Under the pieces are notes generated by a model that ran no database searches, was not told where the DNA came from, and worked only from the letters and a program-made list of their open reading frames with translations. From Diadema antillarum (lineage: Eukaryota), in NCBI RefSeq assembly GCF_040938485.1, contig NW_027271593.1, positions 496,001-560,000 of the forward strand: DNA of 64,000 nucleotides, given 5' to 3'. A program made the translations under genes and the position numbers. Positions 48,301 to 61,900 of the stretch are shown piece after piece. Position 1 is the first letter of the stretch. Every line of letters starts with the position of its first letter.

Positions 48301-48849
48301 AGGCTTGCACCATATCCCGACAGACGTTCTCGGGCTAGACATTCACTATCGACACTGGCGTCTGCGAATACCATGGCAGCCCTCTCTAGTTTCATTGTCG
48401 GCGCCTTTGTACTCCCTGCTGATGTACTCATCTTTGTACAACTCGGCATCGCACTCGACATTGTCATCGTTTGCAGCTGGTTATACGGTACGTTTTTCTT
48501 CATGTCACTCTGCTATGTTGCCGGACCAGAGGAAACGTTTTGTCTGATTCCATGCTGCCTAAAGAAATCTGACGTCGTAACAACCCAGAAGGAAAAACCA
48601 GTTACACCAGTTGAAAATTTCAACAGGTTCAAGTTGATTTCAACTGGAAGCAGTTATCTGCAAGTGGTTCCAGTCGACTCCAACTGGTCTCTAATGCATT
48701 TCATGTGGACAGTCGGTACGAGTACATGGGATTTAAATAGGCACCAGTCCCCACAACCAGATGATAACTGGTCTGTGCCCATGTTTCCAGTTGCACCAGT
48801 TACACCAGTGAAAACCAGTAACGATTTTAACTGGTCTCTGCTGGTTTAA
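39273..48849 (+). CDS. disp-like: Dispatched-like RND/SSD membrane protein, copy 2, 1080 aa, with a transposon-derived C-terminal tail
   Basis: join(39273-39352,43197-43320,44939-45167,46040-48849) = 3243 nt. Same exon phases and motifs as copy 1, and ~95% aa identity over the shared part of the large exon (manual count, roughly 45 differences in ~840 aa). Confidence 0.9.
40845..40925 (+). repeat. Degenerate TTAGGG-like tract (second example at ~51370-51500)
   Basis: TTAGGGTTATGATTAGGTTCAGGATTAGGATTAGGGTTAGGG; probably the internal microsatellite of a Helentron/HINE-type repeat (inference). Confidence 0.45.
43614..44602. mobile_element. Non-autonomous piggyBac-like element B (989 bp), same family as 25203-26169
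   Basis: TTAA|CCCTATAAAGCCCTAAG...CTTGGGCTTTATAGGG|TTAA. The empty TTAA site is visible in copy 1 at ~28377 and ~28680. Confidence 0.9.
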
Positions 48850-49419
48850 CTGGTCTTCACTGGTTGCAACTGGTACCAGTTAAAATCAGTTGATATGTTG
48901 ATGTCATATCGGTACAAGTTTATACCAGCTGAAATGAAATGGTTACCAGTTGATACCAGCTGATCAAATTTTGTGTACAAGTTGATACCAGCTGATCAAA
49001 TTTTGTGTACAAGTTGATACCAGTTGAGGTCTTCCAGGTACCAGTCAGTTGACTCCAGTTGAAACAATTGAGTCGAATAACTAACCTAAAAAGATACTAT
49101 TCATTGTGGTTCAATCAAGCTGAAATAACTGGATAAATTGCATGGCCAATTTTACACCGGACTGAACATACATATTTAATTCCCATGCATTCATTGACTA
49201 AAAATAATGGCAATTAAACAAAATTAATAAACTGATTAGAGTTGACTGGAAACCAGATGAAAGGTAACTGGTTTTGTATACTGGTCCAGTTGGAAAGTAA
49301 CTGGTTCCGTTTACTGGTTGGAATTCAACTGGACCAGTAAGCCCATTTCAATTTCCAGGGTTACCAGTTGATTGGAACTGGTTCAATTTGTACAGTTGTA
49401 ACTGGTATTTCTTTCTGAG
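48584..49419. mobile_element. Non-autonomous CACTA/EnSpm-like element (836 bp) inserted in the last coding codons of copy 2
   Basis: Termini CCCAGAAGGAAAAACCAGTTACA ... TGTAACTGGTATTTCTTTCTGAG; 2-bp TSD AA (48582-83 / 49420-21); dense ACCAGTT/AACTGGT subterminal repeats. Removing it and one AA restores exact codon register with copy 1. Confidence 0.9.
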
Positions 49420-52400
49420 AAGCCGATATGGACCAGGGGCAGGGGTAGAAAAGGTAAAAATGAGTTCCTTAACTTATGAATATGACAAAGCTGCTGCTGT
49501 GGAATTCCATTTCCCTACGTGTTTGTGTGTGTTTTCTTTTCTTTTCTTTTTATTGCTCTGTGCTGCTAGTCGACAGGATATCGTATTATAAAGAAATCGA
49601 CCTTACGAAACGTCGAGAACACTCACATTGCCATAATGACAGAATTTTTAGCGTCAGCCTTTTATTTGATATCCTTCTCTTGCCGTCTTATGTCTTGGAC
49701 CCTCGTTTAAGTGTAGGCCTACATATTGCAAGCCATTTTAGGTACATTGTATTTCGTAATATCGGGAAGGTGGATCCATTTCCCTGAATAAACATGGTTA
49801 TCTCAACTAATACTATTTGTAAATTTGATAATTAATTAGGATGAAATATGTACTCTTTTCATTACAGAAATCGTTTTGCGAAACTTGCCAAATCTCAAAT
49901 GATAATGCCTACTATGTTATACGTTAGCATTAATCCTTACTGGTGACTCAAACATGCACGGTGCATTTAAAAGTGTCCAAATATTTTTTCATTTGTTATT
50001 TGTTTTTTTACAATAAAGAAACCATATACAGATAAAACACGCATGAAGTTCGTTGATTGGTATGGTTGTCGTGAAATGAATGATATAATGAATACTAGTA
50101 ATTGATAATCTCATTGTTTTCACAGAATTTTAACAATGTTTGATTGAAATCGATTTGAGGTCATTTAGGGGCAATTCTGTGTAGGACAGCTAAGGAAAGT
50201 CCATTGAGATTCAAAGGACGATGTTGTATGAAGGCAATCGACCGCTGGAAGGGCAGCACACTTTGACAAGCGTAACTCAGTACAGCTTCAGCAGTGTGAT
50301 AGATCGATGGAATCCAATAGTACGCACACAGAAAAGCCGGGGTATACAAACACATGTCACACTGAAGTAACTGCATATGAACAGTCAAATGTCTGTAGAA
50401 ATGTCATCTTATTAATGTAAAAATATGAATATAGTTAGTAGTAATATGTAATTTTCTATTTGAGATTACAGCAACGAACAAAACAGTGAAAAAAAACCAA
50501 CCCAGCAAGATACCTTCTTTCACATGTTCCAAAGGGTACGTCTATATCCACCTCGATTTTATTGATTCAATTTACTTCGACAATGAAGTACTGATTTTTA
50601 ACAGAGTACAAGTAACAGATGTAGAGAAATTAGTTTAACCTGCGAATACGTAATAACGGTGTTTTCTTTATCTTTGTCTTATCAACGGAGAAATCTCGGT
50701 CTGCCTAAAAATCTGAGCTATTATTGCGAGAAGTTTAAGAACAGAAAATCCGTTTGAAAGAAATATCTCACCGGATCAGATTGTTTGAATTCGTCAAGCT
50801 TATTGCACACTAGAGGATTACAAGACAAATCCTTAATCTTTAATAATCTTCATCTAAACGTGCTAAGAAATCAGATTGTAGCCAGTGGCGAATAAAACAG
50901 ATTTGACTTGGCAATGATTAAGATACTAACCAGCGAACGGGAAGCCTGGGAGATGTCGTGAATGTGATTTTGTTTTTATTATATACACACAAATACACAC
51001 AAGCACTGAAGCTGTCCATTGCAGATCCTCTTCCGGGTAAATGTTGGTTCACGTCTTAAGTTACACCTGAACCTTACGTAGAAGGATATCTTTTTAGTGT
51101 AGCTATTTAGGATACCCTTTTGAAGCCCTTCGGAATTCTTCGGAACCGTTACACGTTTGGCTATCTTTTCCTCTTTTTTTTTTCTGAATCCACAGCGAAG
51201 TAAATTTGATCCCATTTTTCTTTCGGGAGACTCATTAATAATATGAGCATTAAAAGACAAAAGTCATGTCCTTATATCAAACTGTGTCTATGGCAGTGGC
51301 ACAACATTTGCTCGTGTGGCAATTTTATTATTTCTGTGTTATTTTCTCCAAGGACATAGAGCTATGGTTGGGGTTGTGCCAGGCTAGGGTTTTAGCTTTA
51401 GTTTGATGTGAGGATTAGGATTAGGGTGGGTTTATGTAAAAGGGTAGAATTTAGTCTAAGCATCAGATATTTCATGGGAGCAACTGTCATGTAGGAGTAA
51501 ATGTCAAGGAACAGTGAGTCTTCGTCTGTCATAACAGAGATGTTTTTAATTCTGGGTGTTAATGTTCTGCAATGTATAACCTCTCCGATGTCTTCATGTT
51601 CACAGAAAACTAAGAACGCTTAAAAAGTCAACATATTAGAAATTAAAATCGATATCTGTAAGAGCTGATAGCCTTGGGAGACCGTGCAATTGGAAGCTAG
51701 CCCGGCTTGGAGATACATATTCGAAAATCACCGTAACAAATCGTGTACAGCTTTATACGCAGTTACCTGTATACATACGCAGTCGAAGAATCTCGACTGG
51801 TGTCGAACATACTCGCTGACGGGCAACTCTGTTCTAGCAGACCTGTGCTGGTCGTGGTTTTCAAATGTACATCGTTGGTGAGCGAATAAAGATCGATAGC
51901 ATCTAAGCAATATTATCTCCCAACGCTATCGAGTCTTTGAATCATTTATGAAATTACTTTGATTGAAAATTATTTTCCAAGGGATAATTACTTCAAAAGC
52001 CATAGCATGTTGTGACTACAACTTAGAACCTCGTTGAAGAATACAACGACGGATGTAGGGCCCTACAAAGTATTTGAAATGCGATGTCCTGGACCATTTG
52101 CTGGTACACTGAGTGACAGAGTGAGGAATGTTGGCATCAGACTAGAACTTCATGTGCACGGGACCATTACCCGAGAAATCAGGAAACGATGATTGCCTTG
52201 GTTTCAACAGGTCTCCAGGATACATCACTCCCGACACCCATACCAAGCACACAGATAGGCCTATGTTTTCACGCCATTAAGACCACCGCTTTTAGTAGAT
52301 TGGAAGATCAGGTCAGGGCATCTTATAGACTACCACCTTCATGAGGCAGAATATCAAGCAAATAACTCTATGGGATTATCTTCGCTAGTCTTCAACGCCT

Positions 52401-52958
52401 AAGTCAAGTAAGTCATTACATTATAATTTGCTCATCCCTGATGGCATGTGCATAATCTACCTACTTTTGGAGTATAATACATATCATGGATTAGGCCTAT
52501 CTGGATTACTCTTTGGTAGGCAAAATCGACATAAATTTGCAAACAAACCTAATCATCGATTACTTAAGCAATTCACATAGAATTGTGAAATGACTTGTCC
52601 GTTTTCAGGACATTAAAAAGACCACTTTGAGTCCGTTATGCAAAGCAGAGTGCAAAGAGAGGCCAAAGCATGATAAATCTCAGTCATGCTCGTAGAAACT
52701 TCTTTTAGTTCACATGCACATGCTATCTGGGCAAACACGAAACATCGGGCTTCTTTAAAACGAATTCGCGAACAAATGCCGATTGACGTCTGACACAAAA
52801 TGTGCCAACCTGTAGCTTTATCGCACACACATTATCATTATAAAGTCTGTTGCTGTAAGCGTTACAGCCCTCCTTTATGTGCAACGCACGCACATTGTTT
52901 GTTGTCGGGTATGATAGAACCCTGAAATGGCATATTGAGACCAAATTTACAGATCAGA

Positions 52959-55900
52959 TCAAACATCATTTCCGTCAATCTTGTCTTGGTTGTCCAACAA
53001 TGCCAAAAAGCTGGGGGTTCTTGGTTTTTTCTTGCTTCCTGTGGTCGACGTCGTTATTGGCGACATCGAGGGTTGTGGTACTTTGAGCGTGGATGAAACG
53101 TCGTTAGAGTTTGGCTCCGTCGTCGTGGTCTGTGACTGGCTGTTGTCGCTGGTACTTGGCGAGGGCGAACGAAACTTGGGCCAACGTGACCGCTGCTCGC
53201 CGGTCCCATAGAAGCGATAGATCCTGGAGCCGAAGGGTCTCCGTTGCAGTCCTGGCTGCAATCCATCCGTCTGGAGGTACATGCTCCAGAAGTACACGAG
53301 TGCGAGGAGAGTCCCTTGGTTGGGGGCGGTTACGGCCTGGTTAAACAGTGGTACAACAAATCACATCAAACTGATTACGAGTTGTGCGTAACTGACACAT
53401 TAGAAGGATACTTGTCCTAAATGGTTCATTTTACTTTCTCTGGCAAGTGAGCACAGGGAGTTGGTGCCTTTTTCACATCTAAAAGGATAAGTCACGTATA
53501 TCTTTAAATCACTCAGCCATGATATCATAGGTGAACATACAAACAGCCTATTGGTGGAAGCGTGGATGATGAATTTGCCGGTGTGCTAGTGAAAATATCG
53601 TGTGTGTGCATGTAAGTGAACACTTAATTTACAATAGTCCTCATTTTCTGCTGGAAAGAACACAGTGTCCCATAAGTATGAAAAACAATGCGAAACCGTC
53701 GAGTGTGAAAACATTTTAAACACATTGTAAAATTTCTTCACACTGTTATTAAATTTGAGCGTTTAAACAAAGGGAACACACTGTGAATAATAAATTTTCG
53801 TTGCTAATCATCAATTCACAGTGTGAAACAGAACAATACTATTTGAACTATCTATTAAAAACCACACCACAGTGTGGACTGTTTAATTCGCGAGTTGACC
53901 ACATAGCCGACTAAGTGAACACACCATGAACACAATGTGAGACACTGTGTTCTTTCCAGCAGGCTTTTCGTGACATAGGATGTCATATCAACACTGCAAA
54001 AAGTCCGGTGTTAAATATGAAACACCGAGCTGGTGTTAAATTTCCGGTGATCTTTCATGGTGTTAGATTAACACCTCCAGGTGTCATTTCAAAATTTATT
54101 ATTTTTTTGTAATAGTTTCTTAGTTACTGCACTTCTTGTTAATTTTGAACTTCAACAAGACGATAAAGAATTTTCCGATTAAGTACTTGATTTTTGAAAA
54201 AATCACAGTAACACCAGTTGGTGTGGTCCCCTATTGGAGCTGGACGGTCGTTGTACCATTGAAATTAACACCACCAATGTCAAATCAACACCATGCGGTG
54301 TCATTATTGAATTAACTCTAGCGCAGTGTCAAAAATATCACCAGCCACAGTGTCAAATTAACACCACGAAGTGCCAGGTGAACACTTTTTAACACCGTCA
54401 CAATACATTTTCTACACCTGTGGGTGTGGTCCTCTATTGAAGCTTGATCGGTGTTAGATTTAACACCCATGGTGTTAAATCTAACACCGATGTTTTTACA
54501 GTGAACGTTACGTACCCATACGTAGAAAAGCACGACCAGGTTTGGAGGGCCTTTATCGCAGGAGTAGAAGTAGCACAGGCCTAGTACCGCTATGGTGATA
54601 GCTGTTATAGGTGATACGTTTCCAAAATAGATAATGAAAAAGGAGACAGGTTAGTGAGGTAAACAAAGTAGAGTGCTATGGCGTAGAAGATAGAGTTAAT
54701 GAATTTACCCCACTCGAATTGATACGAACACTGAGTATATGTGGCAGAGTCCTTTACTAATGTATACATATTAATAAAATTGATATATCATTAGAAAGAA
54801 ATATTATCGCCATGCAATTTCGCAGCTTTCAATGGTATATATTAATGTTATCAATATGATAACCAGATTTGCTGCTCGTCTTTAAATCTACAATATAACC
54901 TTGCTCTCACGCTATAAATGAACTATACCAGTTTATCATAGCTTTCCGAAAGACGCACTAGACCGAAAGCTACAGAAGATTAACTTACTTTGTCACTATA
55001 TAAACAAATGAGCTTGCTTGCTGTAAACTATTTCTATTCTGCTACCAGAGCTAAACTACTATCAAAATAACAGTGATGATAATCTCAAGCGTTATTTAGT
55101 CTTATTGACTTCATGATATTTAATATCTGGCAATATTTTTACATTGCGACCACGAAGTGTGTCTTTCGACAGGCCCAGTGTATATAAGTTGCCTTATCTA
55201 TAGGAAACAATGATTCCATTTTTAGACGCAACTCCATAAAGTTTGCTGTACGACATAATACATATAATTATACATGATCCACTAACAATGAAACTATACT
55301 ACTGGCATGTGAGCACATCATAACCCTACGATCCCATTTGATCATATTAAAAACACACCAAGATGCTCTTTATACTTTAACGTCTGACGTCATGTGACGT
55401 CACATTCCGTGGTCAGTAATACAGGACTTACTCGGTGCCCAGCAGAAGAAAAATGTTGATAGGTAGAGTGAAAGCCGCGTCCTCAATGACTTGATTGCCA
55501 ATTTGATCTTTTGAACTAATTCTGTTTAAAAAAAGACAGCAAATCATGAGTTAAACATGTAAAGATTTTATACATTATTCCGTAAATGACGTAAAAGTTA
55601 TTTTGCATTTTATTGAAAAGTTCTTTTTAATCGTTGAACGGATCTTGGACGCGTGATTAAAGAAGGCCTGTGTATGTGTAAATAGTGCAACTCGTATCAT
55701 ATCATTATCATTTCTCTTTAAAGGAGAAATCCAGTCCAGGAATGCTTGAACTTGAAATAGCTCAACATTTTTCTTCAATTAATGTTTGGAAAGAATGTAA
55801 TTCTACTTTGCATGCATGTCATAACGAAATCAAAGGTCTGAACTCTCGGTCTGGAAACACTGCCATCTTTTTTTTTGAAAGTAGATTATCAAATAGGACT

Positions 55901-58900
55901 CCAAGGGCTTCTAGTCTAAAAAACAAAAACAAAAACAAGAACAACTATTCATCTGTCACCGGGAAGAGGAAAATAAGCTCATTCAAAATTAAACATAAAA
56001 TCACTCTATGTCTTGCTAAAATAAGTTCAAAATTCGTGAGAAATATAACTTGAGCATTACTTACCTTGTCTTGGTAATAATTTTCTGCACAAGCGTAGAC
56101 ACAGGATAAAGAATATCTGAAATCAAACGGATAAAAATGATTCGCAACACAATGTGAGACGAGAAATAATAGCAATTCCTGGTTGGAAGTCTGCTAACAA
56201 AATCACAAAAAAACACAAACAAACGTCAAGGAGAAATCATTACGCTCAGACAAAACATCTTACTGTCACGTGATAAAGTCAGCTTCAGTGTAGATTGCGG
56301 ACTATTCAAGGTTCTCTTTACTTTTTGGAGCAGTGATTTAAAAAAAAACATAATCAAGAAATCATATTTGATGCATATGTGTAAGTCAGTTGTATCAAAA
56401 AAATCCTACCACATAAATCACTATTTTTCTCAATAAACCTAAACTGCATGTGGACGGTTTAGTCTAAAAATAATTTTATTACAACTATTTTCACATTTTG
56501 TATATTAAAAAACATTTAACATCGATTATACTAATTCAAATGTTTACATTGGTTGTTTCTATCCCTAATTCACATTTTATTACTATTTGAGGCACTAATG
56601 CTGGATTTTTGTTTCACTTGCATATAACAAATTATGCATTTAATTGTCAGGTCCCTGGGTCGAGTCTTTGTCTGCAACAGAGGTTGTTCCCTCATTATAG
56701 ATAATGCACACTATGTCCTTCGGAAAGGACTTAAAAATTCAATTTCGTCGGTTTTCCGCTGATGGCTGCTTGTTTACAATCATCCATTGCTCTCATAGTA
56801 ACCACGTCATTAAAATTATAATTCAACTTACAGGTTGGGTAAGTGTGTTATCGGATACTGGTCAAGTTCAATCAATCCACTACCTACAAAGACCGAAGAA
56901 TGGGAAGAATCTGAGCTAAACTTACCACTATGAGTGTTCCTGTGATGAAATACGTTGCTATAGCTACGACGAAGCCAAAATTCTGTGCCAAATTCTTGTC
57001 ATAAAATGTTGAGTTCTGCAATTTAGTTCAAGTAAAACAAGACCATTAGCGAAACATTGCCAAAAAATCGCCAAGTTTGTTTTAAATGTAAATATACATC
57101 TATCGATACACACATACCGCAGATTCTTCTGGAAAGTGAGCAATTTAGAATGAAAGTCGACCATCTGTGTTATAAATTCCATTAGCTTTTCATTGAATTA
57201 CCCAAGATTTTGATTTACCTCAAATCAGCAATGTTTAACATTCAATGCCTGAGTAAGGTTAAGCTTGAGTTGCCATTAATGCTAAACATACTTGATGTGA
57301 CTGATTTATTCTGCTTCTCAATGGTCATTATCAGTTTTCTCATACTTCCACGCAGTTAGGGACTACAGCGAAGATAGGAGTGTGTACATATTATCATACA
57401 AATATGAAAATAAATACTCTCTAAAAGACACATATAATAATCTCGATTAAGATGGCCGTATTACCTTGTTATCTGGATAAAATGTGATGGACGGGCAGCT
57501 GAAAAGCAACGCATAAAGAAGCATAGACAAAGATTGACGGATAGATGTAGAGAGAGAGAGAGAGAGAGAGAGTATAAACAATGTTTAAACAACGAACTAC
57601 AATAATCATGATCATACAGAGTTTCAGTGGAAACTCATTGTATTTTTCATGGTGTATTACTATTTGCATGATTGGCACATTAAAGTTGAATCATATCTAC
57701 ATGTCAACATAATGATAAACATATGAATATACACAAATATATAACTTGGAATTTTCCACGTGTTGGACTTTGAATATTATAATTATAAGAAGAATGAGTC
57801 TCAAATACGCCATCTGTAGATCCAACAAGAAGGTTTTTGCAAAAACTTATCATTGTCCTAGTATACACTACACTGACGAAGGCTCGAGGCGGGTTGAAAA
57901 TTTTGAGACAAAAAACCTTCTTGTTGGATCTACAGATAGCGTATTTGAGACTCAATCTTCTTATAGTTATAACACAAATATATAGATATATACAATGTTT
58001 ATATTATCATGTATGTATTTACACACTATATGTGTATAATATGCATTATACACGCATTAACAAACATATGATTAGTGTGGGCAAACATAATTGTATACTT
58101 TCAGTCTTCATCAATGCCACAGTGGCCCCTTGTAATGCCTCAAGCTAAATGATGATCTCCTTCTCCTAGGTGTGTAAATGAAAAGTTTTCAAAGCGTTGT
58201 ATATCTTTTTTTTTTCTGTCTCACTTAACGCCATAAACTGTCACATTCAATGCCCACTTGCGGCGTATGAAACTGCGCATGGAGATTAATGTTAAGTTTC
58301 TAGGACGCCGGAACAACATTGTATTATCGATGTAATATTTGCTATTATTCATCTTAAAATAAAGATGACTGTTATCGTAATAATATCCCTATACTTACAT
58401 AGGACATAAAGCAATCTTGATCTTTTTATCTTTAAAGATGACGTACAATGAGAGGGGAAGAAGCGCTAGAGGCGGTACGGTCCTGTTAGAAAAAAAAAGA
58501 GAGAGAATAGAATAGGAACCAATCACATAACCTCTTTAAGATTAATTGTCCCTTGTCATGCTTGTTAGATGACAGATCTCATGTTGGAGTCATGATATTG
58601 TGATCATCGGGACACAAGTCTGCTATACAAACAATTATAATAAGACTTCAGGAGGACATGTGCTATACGGATTCAAACCCGTGCGCTAACAGCTAATTTG
58701 CAATAATGTTATTCAGCTGCTGCAAACAAAATTATGATGATGCAAATATCACACAGACGACAATACGATCAAAAATCATCACCGTGCACTTGCACCACCC
58801 ACGGCTACCATAGCTGTGCGACATTGATGGTGATGATGATGATGACAATGAAGAAGTAATGATGAGGAAAATTATTGTATTTCTGAATAACTATATTGGG

Positions 58901-61900
58901 AACTCAATATTTATACTTAATAGAAATTTTGCAAAAAACTTGTTTAGTATACATTGTTATGTAATTTACGCATTCAACATTTGTAAAAGAAAAAATTAAA
59001 AGTTATGTTGGAATGGAAAAGTGAATGAATGCATGGATGAATGAATGAATGAATGAATGAAAACTTATGATGCGCAAAGTTCATTTACTAGAATGCTGGA
59101 AGGTGAAAGAACTGATGATGATAATAATGAGATGATGAAACCAATATCACGAAGTTAAATTCAACATTTTCAAAGTGTTAGTTGGCGTTCAAAGTAAATG
59201 TCACTTCCGGACCAACCCGAATCCACTTAAATATCTACATCATTTTACAAGATAAGATGGATCATCTTGGGCATTTTCAGTCTTGGATTTAAGGTCCGTT
59301 ACCATGGGATAGGGGCCCAATAAGGGAGAAGGCGTGGCCCAATACCTCCGGACACATTAGGAACCTAGAATGACGAGCCGAATTTTACCTTTGATCCTAG
59401 ATTGTTCCCTAAAAGTAACATATTCAAAACCTACGGTGTTTCTCCTCCCAGTATTAATAATACTTAAACAAACAAAAGAAAACAAAATGTTCACATGATG
59501 AAGCCCCGCATTTCGATGAAACATTAGTATAGCCAGTTGCGATGAATTGGTAATCACGATATTTGAAACTATGACAGTTGACCTCTCTCTATCAGTAGGC
59601 CTGCAGCCCATCTTGTGTTAAACTGGACTTATGAGCAAATTATCAATGTGAGCAGATGAAAAGGCCCTTTGGCTCAAAACAGACGTAGCTAGTTGTGTTT
59701 ACAAATCTTTATGGAGTACAAAGTTCACTTCAATGTGGATTTCTAGGCATTCAACTATTTTTATCCAACTCAATCTAAACACAAATATAACAACAGGATG
59801 AGCGTCTCAGAAAGCTAGACAATCACGACCGTAGCTAAGGGTCTTTCCAGAGACAAACCTGAAATCAAAACTTTATAAGATGAATGATCTCACCATGATA
59901 TAATGTAGGCGCATCGTGTTAGTCTTCGTGCTTCAGTCTGATCCTGTATACAGAGATGTGAAGAAATAAATTTGGCGGGTTTTTACTTCAAGGCGTGTAG
60001 TAATTAGATAGTAGACATTATCATGAGATCACTGTATCAGCGGAATTTGAAGTACATAATGAGGGATGGAATAGGCATATCTGGAACGATTGTCATAGCC
60101 GTGGGTTACATGACCAGCTTACCCTTCTGCGGGTCACATCAATTTCTCGTCCCTTGGTTTGTGTGTAAAATTTGTGGCAGGGTCAAACACTCACTGTGCT
60201 GAGGATAAGGCTTACTTTATCCTTTAATTGAACATTTCAGTTTCATTCTTCCTCAGAAATTTCTATCTGAATTACATATAGGTGTGCACAGGACAGAGTA
60301 TTACACGCAAGTTATTGTCTCTGACCCTTTCAATGTTTGCAGGAAATTGAATACAGCTCTTCAAATCTCTCTAGAATGTTCTCGAAATATAAAATGTTGA
60401 TTAGTTGAGCAGTTTTATATTTGCGTCGTTACATGGTTAGTGGGCTTGTCGGAGACTAAAAAGCAGAAATCGATTGCTGGTGCCTCTCCAACGCTCCAAT
60501 CAAGTATCTAGTCTCAACAGACATGAGACAAACAATTATTACGTCATTCATGTCATAACATACTAATGAGTCCTTCAAAGTCCACGGTATTTGCCTACGC
60601 GATTGTTAGCTTCGGCAGAAACAATGAAAACGCAATCTTTTTTTTTTTAATTCTACGTCTATGAAACATAAGCCCGTTACACTGTAAACCAGGTGTGGGA
60701 TGTATTTTTTCCTTTAACAGTTGATTTATCTAATTTATTTCTTATGTCTTACGTGCATTAATACACTAAAAATGATGGTAATAGACAACAAAACCGCAAA
60801 ACTTTCACCTACCTAACATGACCAGCATACGGGTATGCCAGGAGCGGATCAAGGAATTCCGTAAAAAAAAAAAAAAGGGGGGGGGGGTTTGTACGCAGCC
60901 ACAATTGTTTTCTTTTTTATTTCTTTTGTTTTATCAAAGAATAAGGGGGCGCCCGGTGCGCCCCCCCTCCCCCCGAACCGCCACTGTACGCGGAAGTGGG
61001 TTGTGCCTCTTTCCTTTTGTTGCCGTTCACTACTAAGGGATTGTATCGTCGAGATTTGACTCCTAAGTGGATTCAGCTCTTGCTTAACCTTACCTACATG
61101 TATTTATCTTTTATTCGTACATGAGCTCAAAGAACGATAACATTTCAGCATTCCCTTCGTATGGTGAAAAACGTGAAAAACATAGAACACAGGATTGCAA
61201 CACAGTATTGCAAGACGCGGGGTGGGGGTGTCAAAATGAGACATCAAAATGACGAACTTACTCTGAGAGTGCTCCCTTTGTTGAGAACTTGAACCCTATC
61301 CCTTAGCCGCAGGTACACAGTGACGGTCAAAATAGCCATGAGGAAGAAGATGACGAGGTAGAATACCTAGAAAGTAAATGAAGTCAAAAGGTTGATCAAA
61401 TGATGAATGAAGCTCCGGGATGATGTCATTACTATTTCAAACTTGCCGACAATTGGTCTTTTTGTATGTTGGTCCTGGGAAAGTTGGTGGGGAATCGCTA
61501 ATTAGGTCACGACAACAGGTGACAGGTGACGAAAGGAGTTGTGCTCAGTAGCAAACATATTTACAGGGTGTTAGTAGTATCATCAATGAGTATTTGATAT
61601 GGTACTGTGAAATGTATTTTGGTTACAGTACATTGAGTAAAGTATTGTAGTTATGTTTGGTAATGTCAGATTATGCATGTTTTGGTATAATCATAATGGA
61701 GGAAACACAATGATTTCACATAGTCCCGCAAAACTAAATCAATAAAAAAGCAATCAATAACAAACAAGACGTATACACTGTTCATCTTATCAGTTTCAAT
61801 GTTGTCGAAATTGTTTGTTTTTTCCGAATTTGTCAATGCAACGTTCCCTATTTTGCTTGTCTGTAGGCCAATACAGTGCCTAATGTGCCTGTATATTCCT

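Noticed and set aside
48584-49419. ACCAGTT/AACTGGT repeats as a CRISPR-like or regulatory array
   Set aside because: Spacing is irregular, both orientations occur and the repeats are bounded by TIRs and a TSD; they are CACTA-type subterminal repeats.
57870-57910. Second hammerhead ribozyme (CTGACGAAGGCTC...GAAA)
   Set aside because: Stem II is mostly wobble pairs and there is no NUH cleavage triplet or stem I.
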